A stretch of DNA of 64,000 bases from Geomesophilobacter sediminis (GTDB lineage Bacteria; Desulfobacterota; Desulfuromonadia; Geobacterales; Geobacteraceae). A model generated the notes under the pieces. That model was not told the origin of the DNA, ran no database searches, and worked only from the letters and a program-made list of their open reading frames with translations. Below are positions 56,010 through 64,000 of the stretch, one piece after another (position 1 is the first letter of the stretch; each line of letters starts with the position of its first letter). The DNA lies in the NCBI RefSeq assembly GCF_016458275.1, contig NZ_JAEMHM010000002.1, positions 1 through 64,000 on the forward strand, written 5' to 3'. Position numbers and translations under genes: made by a program.

Positions 56010-57074
56010 ATGAGCATACTGTTCGCCATAATCGCCCTCGGGGCACTCATATTCGTTCATGAATTCGGCCACTTCCTGTTCGCGAAGGCGTTCGGCGTCG
56101 GCGTCGAGAAGTTCTCCCTCGGCTTCGGCCCGAAGGTGATCGGCAAGAAGATCGGCGAGACCGAGTACCTCCTTTCCGCGCTCCCCCTGGGGGGCTACGT
56201 CAAGATGGTCGGCGAGGTGGACGGGGAAACCGAGCTGACCGAAGAGGAAAAGAAGGTTTCCTTCTCCCACAAGCCGCCGTTGCAGCGCATCGGCATCGTC
56301 GTCGCCGGTCCGCTGTTCAATCTTCTTTCCGCCTACGTCATCTTCATCATCCTGTTCATGGTCGGCGTCCCCTCGGTAACCACCAAGGTCGGCGAGGTGG
56401 TGCCGAACAAACCGGCCGCCCGCGCGGGGATCGTGGCCGGCGACCTGATCGCCTCGGTGAACGGGAAGGCGGTCGGGCGCTGGGAAGATTTCGCCAAGAT
56501 CATTGCCCAGGGTAAGGCGGCCCCGGTCCAGGTAACGGTGAACCGTGCCGGCAAGGCGCTGACCTTCACCATGACCCCGGAGCCCCGCACCGCCAAAAAC
56601 CTCCTCGGCGACACCGTCACCACGCCGGTGATCGGGGTGGTGGCTGCCGGCGACACCTTCATCGACCGGTTTCCTCCCGGGGAAGCCTTCGTCCGCGGGA
56701 GCGCCCAGTGCTGGAACGTGATCAAGGTGACCTACCTCTCCCTGGTGCGTCTGGTGCAGCGCGCGTTGCCGCTCGATTCCATCGGCGGTCCGATCATGAT
56801 CGTGAAGATGGCCGGCCAGCAGGCGCAGGCCGGGGGAGTGAGCTTTCTCGCGTTCGTCGCGCTTTTGTCGGTCAACCTCGGGGTGCTGAACCTTTTGCCG
56901 GTTCCGATTTTGGACGGCGGGCACCTGGTTTTCTTCCTGATCGAGCTGGTGATCGGGCGGCCGGTGAGCAAGCGGAGCCGGGAGATCGCCCAGCAGATCG
57001 GGATGATGGTCCTGATCAGCCTGATGATGCTCGCCTTCTACAACGACATCATGCGGATGCTGCCGAAGAACTGA
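56010..57074 (+). CDS. rseP: RIP metalloprotease RseP (site-2 protease) with PDZ domain
   Basis: HEFGH zinc motif; PDZ; LDG motif. Confidence 0.85.
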   Translation: MSILFAIIALGALIFVHEFGHFLFAKAFGVGVEKFSLGFGPKVIGKKIGETEYLLSALPLGGYVKMVGEVDGETELTEEEKKVSFSHKPPLQRIGIVVAGPLFNLLSAYVIFIILFMVGVPSVTTKVGEVVPNKPAARAGIVAGDLIASVNGKAVGRWEDFAKIIAQGKAAPVQVTVNRAGKALTFTMTPEPRTAKNLLGDTVTTPVIGVVAAGDTFIDRFPPGEAFVRGSAQCWNVIKVTYLSLVRLVQRALPLDSIGGPIMIVKMAGQQAQAGGVSFLAFVALLSVNLGVLNLLPVPILDGGHLVFFLIELVIGRPVSKRSREIAQQIGMMVLISLMMLAFYNDIMRMLPKN

Positions 57075-57211
57075 GCCGGGGACTGGCTCCGCAAGGTGCC
57101 AGTCCCCCTCTGACATGAATTGTTCCACCGTTCACTGTTAGGTGATCACGGAAAAGAACCCCATCCTCACCCTGTCCCTCCCCTTGAAGGGGAGGGGACG
57201 TAAGGGGAGCA

Positions 57212-57940
57212 TTGAAGCGGATAGAAGAGCGGCAATTGAAGATACTAACCGTCGATACCTCGAGTAACTGTTCCAGCGTCGCCCTCTCGGACGGCGCTTC
57301 TCTTTTGGGGGAGTACCTCCTCGGCGAGGACCGCCTTAACTCCGGGCGGCTGTTCGCCTCGATCGCGAAGCTCCTGGAGTCGGCGCGGCTTGCCCCCACC
57401 GACCTCGACGCCTTCGCGGTCGCCATCGGCCCGGGCTCCTTCACCGGGGTTCGCGTCGGGATCGCCACCGTCAAGGGGCTCGCCCTGGCCGCCGCCAAGC
57501 CGGCGGTCGGTTTTTCCTCCCTGGCCATGCTCGCCCTGAACAGCCCCTACTGCGGATTTCCGGTGGCGCCGCTTTTCGACGCGAGGAAAAAGGAGGTCTA
57601 CGCCGGCCTCTACCGCGTCACCGATCTGCCGGAGCCGCTGCGCGAAGACGCGGTCCTCGCTCCGGAAAGCTTTCTCGCCACCATCGATGAGCCGACCCTG
57701 TTCCTGGGGGAGGGGGCGGTCCGCTACCGCGACCTCATTACCGCGACCCTCGGGGACCGCGCCCGCTTCGCCCCGTTCCATGCCGACGTCCCGCGTGCCG
57801 CGGCCGGAGCGGTCATCGCCTGCGACCTCGCCCGCCAGGGCAGGTTCACCCCGCTGGAACTCCTCAATCCCACCTACATCCGCCCCTCCGAAGCCGAGAT
57901 TGCCAAACAGAAAAGAGACGCCTCAAACAGTATTTCGTAG
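57212..57940 (+). CDS. tsaB: tRNA threonylcarbamoyladenosine biosynthesis protein TsaB (start uncertain: TTG at 57212 or 57236)
   Basis: KILTVDTSSNCSSVAL; YeaZ-like. Confidence 0.75.
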   Translation: MKRIEERQLKILTVDTSSNCSSVALSDGASLLGEYLLGEDRLNSGRLFASIAKLLESARLAPTDLDAFAVAIGPGSFTGVRVGIATVKGLALAAAKPAVGFSSLAMLALNSPYCGFPVAPLFDARKKEVYAGLYRVTDLPEPLREDAVLAPESFLATIDEPTLFLGEGAVRYRDLITATLGDRARFAPFHADVPRAAAGAVIACDLARQGRFTPLELLNPTYIRPSEAEIAKQKRDASNSIS

Positions 57941-58079
57941 CTGTTGACAGTTGCATCTTAATGTATTATGTTTGTCGTTCGATTTCATTTAAGATAACCT
58001 CTTTTAACTACAAGTTTTTTTGCACGAATCCAACGCTGCCCCGCCGGAACCGGCGGGGTTGCGATTTATGAGGGAGCAT

Positions 58080-59738
58080 ATGCGCAGCGATACCATCACC
58101 CAGGGACTGGAGCGTACCCCGCACCGGGCGCTTCTGAAAGGAACCGGACTTCCCCAGAGCGAGATGGAGAAGCCTTTCATCGGGATTGCCACCAGCTTCA
58201 CCGACCTCATCCCCGGCCACGTCGGGATGCGGGATCTGGAGCGCTTCATTGAAAAAGGGGTCCACACCGGCGGCGGCTACTCCTTCTTCTTCGGGATCCC
58301 CGGCGTCTGCGACGGGATCTCGATGGGGCACAAGGGGATGCACTATTCGCTTCCCACCCGTGAGCTGATCGCCGACATGGTCGAGTCGGTCGCCGAGGCG
58401 CACCGGCTGGACGGCCTGGTCCTTCTGACCAACTGCGACAAGATCACCCCGGGCATGCTGATGGCCGCCGCGCGGCTCGACATCCCGTGCATCGTGGTCA
58501 CCGCCGGTCCGATGATGGGCGGCCGCGGCCAGGACCGCCGCTACTCCTTCGTTACCGACACCTTCGAGGCGATGGCCCGTTACAAGGCCGGCGTCATCGA
58601 CGACAAGGAACTCGCCCGCTGCGAGGAGAACGCCTGTCCGGGGATGGGTTCCTGCCAGGGGCTCTTCACCGCCAACACCATGGCGATCCTCACCGAGACC
58701 ATGGGGATGAGCCTGCCGCGCTGCGGCACCGCGCTCGCCGTCTCCGCGCTCAAGCGCCGGATCGCCTTTGCCTCGGGCGAGCGGATCGTCGGCATGGTGC
58801 GCGACAACATCACCCCGCGTTCGATCCTCACCCGCGAGGCGTTCGAAAACGCCATCCGCGTCGACCTGGCGCTGGGGGGCTCCTCCAACACCGTGCTCCA
58901 CCTCCTCGCCATCGCCCGCGAGGCCGGCGTCGAGCTCCCGCTGGAGACCTTTGACATCCTTTCCAAGACGACCCCGCAGCTCGCCTCCATGAACCCCGCC
59001 GGGGAGCACTTCATGGAAGACCTGGACGTTGCCGGCGGCGTGGCCGGCGTGCTCAAGCAGCTGGGGGACAAGATCCACGACTGCCCGACCGTCTTCGGCC
59101 TTACCACCAAGCAGATCGCCGCGAGCCTCGACGGGGTCGACGAGACCGTCATCCACCCACTTTCCGACCCGGTCAAGAAAGAGGGGGGGATCGCGGTGCT
59201 GTTCGGCAACATCGCCCCCAAAGGCGCGGTGGTCAAGCAGTCCGGCGTCGGCGAGAAGATGATGCAGTTCACCGGCGTGGCCCGCTGCTTCGACTCCGAG
59301 GAGAAGGCGATGGCGGCCATGATGGGCGGGGTCGTGAAATCCGGCGACTGCGTCGTCATCCGCTACGAAGGGCCCAAAGGGGGGCCCGGCATGCGCGAGA
59401 TGCTCGCCCCCACCGCCGCCCTCATGGGGCTTGGCCTGGGCGACTCCGTTGCCCTCATCACCGACGGGCGCTTTTCCGGCGGCACCCGCGGCCCCTGCAT
59501 CGGCCACATCTCTCCGGAAGCCGCGCAGGGCGGTCCGATCGCCCTCATCGAGGACGGGGACCAGATCGAACTCGACATCCCGAACCGCTCGCTCAGGGTC
59601 CTGGTGAGCGACGAAGTGCTTGCGGAGCGGAGGAAACACTGGGTCGCTCCCGAGCCGAAAATCAAGAAGGGCTGGCTGGCCCGATACGCCAAGGTGGTTA
59701 CCTCGGCCCACACCGGCGCCGTTACGACGGCGGATTAG
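58080..59738 (+). CDS. ilvD: Dihydroxy-acid dehydratase
   Basis: GAGGGAG RBS; [12 protein letters not shown], Fe-S Cys ligands. Confidence 0.9.
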   Translation: MRSDTITQGLERTPHRALLKGTGLPQSEMEKPFIGIATSFTDLIPGHVGMRDLERFIEKGVHTGGGYSFFFGIPGVCDGISMGHKGMHYSLPTRELIADMVESVAEAHRLDGLVLLTNCDKITPGMLMAAARLDIPCIVVTAGPMMGGRGQDRRYSFVTDTFEAMARYKAGVIDDKELARCEENACPGMGSCQGLFTANTMAILTETMGMSLPRCGTALAVSALKRRIAFASGERIVGMVRDNITPRSILTREAFENAIRVDLALGGSSNTVLHLLAIAREAGVELPLETFDILSKTTPQLASMNPAGEHFMEDLDVAGGVAGVLKQLGDKIHDCPTVFGLTTKQIAASLDGVDETVIHPLSDPVKKEGGIAVLFGNIAPKGAVVKQSGVGEKMMQFTGVARCFDSEEKAMAAMMGGVVKSGDCVVIRYEGPKGGPGMREMLAPTAALMGLGLGDSVALITDGRFSGGTRGPCIGHISPEAAQGGPIALIEDGDQIELDIPNRSLRVLVSDEVLAERRKHWVAPEPKIKKGWLARYAKVVTSAHTGAVTTAD

Positions 59739-59897
59739 TACCTCGACCCCCTTTACCGAAGGGGCAGGGGTGGGATTCCCTTTACCGAGGGTGCTCCCGT
59801 CTCAGGGGACTTGTTTATTCACAAGTGGTTCCAGTCTTACCGGACTCGGGATCTATAACATGCGGCAGCTCGCTGCCGCGGTACGGAGGTACAACCT

Positions 59898-61598
59898 ATG
59901 AAGATGAACGGCGCACGCATTCTCTTGGAGTGTCTCAAGCTGGAGGGGGTAGACACGGTCTTCGGGTATCCCGGAGGGACGGTCATCAACCTCTACGACG
60001 AACTCTTCTCCTTCAAAGAGATCCGGCACATCCTGCCGCGTCACGAGCAGGCCGGGGTCCACGCCGCCGACGGCTTTGCGCGGGCGACCGGCAAAGTCGG
60101 GGTGGCCATCGCCACTTCCGGCCCCGGGGCCACCAACACCATCACCGGCATCGCCACCGCCTACATGGACTCGATCCCGATGGTGATCATCACCGGCCAG
60201 GTCCCGACCGCCCTGATCGGCAACGACGCCTTCCAGGAGGCGGACATCATCGGCATCACCCGCCCCTGCACCAAGCACAACTTCCTGGTCAAGGATGTGA
60301 AGGACCTCGCGACCATCGTCAAGAAGGCCTTCTACATCGCCCGCACCGGCCGTCCCGGCCCGGTTCTCATCGATCTTCCCAAGGACGTCCAGATCGCCCA
60401 GACCGAGTTCAAGTACCCGGACACCGTCGAGATCCGCGGCTACAAGCCGACCGTCGAGGGGCACCCGAAGCAGATCGAAAAAGCGGTCTCCATGATGCTG
60501 CACGCCAAGAAGCCGGTGATCTACGTCGGCGGCGGCGTGGTGCTCGGCGACGCGGGTGCGGAGCTCACCGAGCTCGCCGAGCGCTTCGGCTTCCCGGTCA
60601 CCACCACCCTCATGGGGCTCGGCTCCTTCCCGGAAAACAACCCGCTTTCCCTGGGGCTCCTCGGGATGCACGGCACCTACTATGCAAACATGGCGATCTC
60701 CAACTGCGATCTGCTGATCGCGGTCGCGGCCCGCTTCGATGACCGCGTCACCGGCAAGATCGCGACCTTTGCCCCGCACGCGAAGATCATCCACATCGAC
60801 GTCGACCCGACCTCCATCAAGAAGAACGTCCGCGTCGACCTCCCGATCGTCGGGGACGTCCGCGAAGTGCTCGGCAAGATGCTCAAGGTGAGCGAAGAGC
60901 AGGGCGACGACGTGAAGCAGGTGAAAGAGGCGGTCGGCCCCTGGATTGCCGAGATTGACGGGTGGAAGGCGAAGCATCCGGTTACCTACCAGCCGTCCAG
61001 CACCATCATCAAGCCCCAGTACGTGATCCAGCGCCTGCGCGCCCTTTCCGAGCCGGACGCCATCGTCGCGACCGACGTCGGGCAGCACCAGATGTGGACC
61101 GCGCAGTTCTTCGGCTTCACCAAACCCAGGACCCTCCTCTCCTCCGGCGGCCTCGGCACCATGGGATACGGCCTTCCGGCCGCAATGGGCGCCCAGGCCG
61201 GCTTCCCGGACCGCCAGGTGATCGTCGTCGTCGGCGACGGCGGTTTCCAGATGAATATGCAGGAACTGGCCACCCTGGTCCAGAACCGTCTCAACGTGAA
61301 GATCGTCATCCTGAACAACAACTTCCTCGGGATGGTGCGCCAGTGGCAGGAGCTCTTCTTCGACAAGCGTTACTCCTCCACCTGCATGGAACTCCCCATC
61401 GACTTCGTGAAGCTCGCCGAGGCCTTCGGCGCCACCGGCCTGCGCGCCGACAAGACCGACCAGGTCGACGAGGTCATCAAGCAGGGCTTTGCTACGGCGG
61501 GCCCGGTCCTGATGGAGTTCAAGGTTGCCCGTGAGGAGAAGGTGCTCCCGATGGTTCCCGCCGGGGCTTCGCTTACTGAGATGGTGCTGGCTTCCTAA
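59898..61598 (+). CDS. ilvB: Acetolactate synthase large subunit
   Basis: ACGGAGG RBS; MKMNGARILLECLKLEGVDTVFGYPGG; TPP-binding GDGGFQMN. Confidence 0.9.
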   Translation: MKMNGARILLECLKLEGVDTVFGYPGGTVINLYDELFSFKEIRHILPRHEQAGVHAADGFARATGKVGVAIATSGPGATNTITGIATAYMDSIPMVIITGQVPTALIGNDAFQEADIIGITRPCTKHNFLVKDVKDLATIVKKAFYIARTGRPGPVLIDLPKDVQIAQTEFKYPDTVEIRGYKPTVEGHPKQIEKAVSMMLHAKKPVIYVGGGVVLGDAGAELTELAERFGFPVTTTLMGLGSFPENNPLSLGLLGMHGTYYANMAISNCDLLIAVAARFDDRVTGKIATFAPHAKIIHIDVDPTSIKKNVRVDLPIVGDVREVLGKMLKVSEEQGDDVKQVKEAVGPWIAEIDGWKAKHPVTYQPSSTIIKPQYVIQRLRALSEPDAIVATDVGQHQMWTAQFFGFTKPRTLLSSGGLGTMGYGLPAAMGAQAGFPDRQVIVVVGDGGFQMNMQELATLVQNRLNVKIVILNNNFLGMVRQWQELFFDKRYSSTCMELPIDFVKLAEAFGATGLRADKTDQVDEVIKQGFATAGPVLMEFKVAREEKVLPMVPAGASLTEMVLAS

Positions 61599-61659
61599 GG
61601 CAGCCTAGGCCGATCCGGGTTGAGATCCGGATCGTTACTGCATATATGCGGAGGGATCA

Positions 61660-62151
61660 ATGAGACATACCATTGCCGTGCTGGTTGAGAACGAATTCGG
61701 CGTTCTTTCCCGCGTCGTCGGGCTCTTCTCGGGACGCGGCTTCAATATCGACTCGCTTACCGTTGCCCCCACCAACGACGAATCCCTTTCCCGGATTACC
61801 GTGGTGACCCGTGGCGACGAACAGATCATCGAGCAGATCACCAAGCAGCTCAACAAACTCATCGACGTCATCAAGGTCATCGATTTCGAGCCGGAAAACG
61901 CCATCGAGCGCGAGATGGCGCTGATCAAGGTTTCCGCCGAGGACGACCACCGTGCCGAAGTGCTGCGCGTGGCGGACATCTTCCGCGCGAAAGTCATCGA
62001 CGTCACCCCCAAGTCCTACACCCTGGAGGCGACCGGCGCACCGTCCAAGGTCGACGCGCTCCTGGAACTCCTTCGCCCGCTGGGCCTGAAGGAAGTGGTG
62101 CGCACCGGCCCGGTCGTGATCGGCCGCGGCGCCAAGGGTTGGAGAGGGTAA
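61660..62151 (+). CDS. ilvN: Acetolactate synthase small (regulatory) subunit
   Basis: MRHTIAVLVENEFGVLSRVVGLFSGRGFNIDSLTV (ACT domain). Confidence 0.9.
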   Translation: MRHTIAVLVENEFGVLSRVVGLFSGRGFNIDSLTVAPTNDESLSRITVVTRGDEQIIEQITKQLNKLIDVIKVIDFEPENAIEREMALIKVSAEDDHRAEVLRVADIFRAKVIDVTPKSYTLEATGAPSKVDALLELLRPLGLKEVVRTGPVVIGRGAKGWRG

Positions 62152-62159
62152 TCATTCAA

Positions 62160-62245
62160 GGGGACTGGCTCCGGAACGGTGCCTGTCCCCCTCGCAGCGG
62201 CCCCTGAAAGGGGGACCGGCACCTGCGGAGCCAGTCCCCTGAGAG
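62160..62245. repeat. REP family E long palindrome (ggggactggctcc...ggagccagtcccc); related copy at ~57075-57115
   Basis: Direct comparison. Confidence 0.65.
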
Positions 62246-62288
62246 TGTTTTTTCGAACGGTTCGGCCGAGCGCTGAACCTTAAACTAA

Positions 62289-63329
<1,041 letters not shown>

Positions 63330-63560
63330 CACCTGTTTCGTTGCATGAGGGGCCGGGTTCGGGCTATACTCGCGAGTTGCGGTAGGTCCGCCCCCGGCCC
63401 CTTTTCGGTTGTGCCCGGTGGATACCACCCGGGTGTGAAGTCCCCCTTTGAAAAAGGGGGATTTAGGGGGATTTGGTTTTCCGGTTTCGTAACGGCAAAA
63501 TCCCCCCCAGCCCTCCTTTGTCAAAGGGGGGAGTTAACTTGACAGTCCCAAGAGGTATGA

Positions 63561-64000
63561 ATGCGCAATAGAAACACCCCGGTCGCTACCGAGGGGTATC
63601 CTTTCATCTCCGCAGGCGTCGTCATCACCGTGGTCCTGTGCGGGTTGTCCTTCCAGATCTACGGCGGATTCTTCGTTCTCACCGTCCTCGCCCTGATCCT
63701 GACCCTGTTCACCGTCTTTTTCTTCCGCAACCCCGAGCGCGTGACTCCGGAGGGTGAAAGCGACGTGATCGCCCCCGCCGACGGGGTGGTGATCTACTCG
63801 GGCAAGGTGAAGGAGCCGCACACCGGCAAGGAGATGGAGAAGGTCAGCATCTTCATGTCGGTCTTCAACGTGCACGTGAACCGTGCCCCGATCACCGGCA
63901 AGGTGGTGGATACCTTCTACACCCCGGGCAAGTTCCTCGACGTCCGCGACGAGCGGGCTACCTTCGAAAACGAGCAGCAGGGGCTGGTCGTCGAGACCGC
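63561..64000 (+). CDS. psd: Phosphatidylserine decarboxylase proenzyme (short Asd-like form), 3' partial, runs off the window
   Basis: AAGAGGT RBS; MRNRNTPVATEGYPFISAG...FMSVFNVHVNRAPITGKV. Confidence 0.8.
   Translation, partial: MRNRNTPVATEGYPFISAGVVITVVLCGLSFQIYGGFFVLTVLALILTLFTVFFFRNPERVTPEGESDVIAPADGVVIYSGKVKEPHTGKEMEKVSIFMSVFNVHVNRAPITGKVVDTFYTPGKFLDVRDERATFENEQQGLVVET

Overview
The window is a 64-kb stretch from a high-GC (~60-65%) Desulfuromonadota/Geobacter-like chromosome. The lineage call rests on gene content, codon bias and dense REP-like hairpin elements; it is an inference, since no database search was possible. The right half (39.5-64 kb) is a conserved, almost entirely plus-strand housekeeping region: prs-rplY-pth-ychF, rpsF-rpsR-DUF2232-rplI, a Cache/MCP chemoreceptor, rpsB-tsf-pyrH-frr-uppS-cdsA-dxr-rseP, tsaB, ilvD-ilvB-ilvN-ilvC and psd. 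The left half (1-39 kb) is accessory and surface-oriented. It carries a giant BNR/He_PIG repeat surface protein running off the window start, with ~95% identical 267-bp tandem coding repeats. It also has PEGA and TPR lipoproteins, a flotillin/SPFH protein, a PAP2 acid phosphatase, SppA, a trypsin-like lipoprotein protease, an Hsp20, a Tat-exported Fe-S aldo/keto reductase, the alpha-2-macroglobulin/PbpC pair, and orphan flgM and pilZ genes. A low-GC islet (~11.9-15.7 kb) holds an 817-aa AAA_13 ATPase with a coiled-coil CxxC zinc hook and a C-terminal R-x3-E motif, that is, an RloC/PrrC-like anticodon nuclease candidate. It sits next to a DUF2007 gene interrupted by an in-frame TAA and a ~390-bp array of 21-bp (heptad) tandem repeats. 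A ~940-bp AT-rich ORF-free region (22.44-23.38 kb) contains a cluster of DnaA-box 9-mers, two of them perfect, plus iteron-like repeats and an AT-rich stretch. This is an origin-like or DnaA-titration-like module not adjacent to dnaA. At least five families of short palindromic REP-like elements are scattered through the intergenic regions. One lies inside the 5' coding region of pbpC, and one 323-bp REP cluster is tandemly duplicated. No rRNA, tRNA or CRISPR array was detected by eye.
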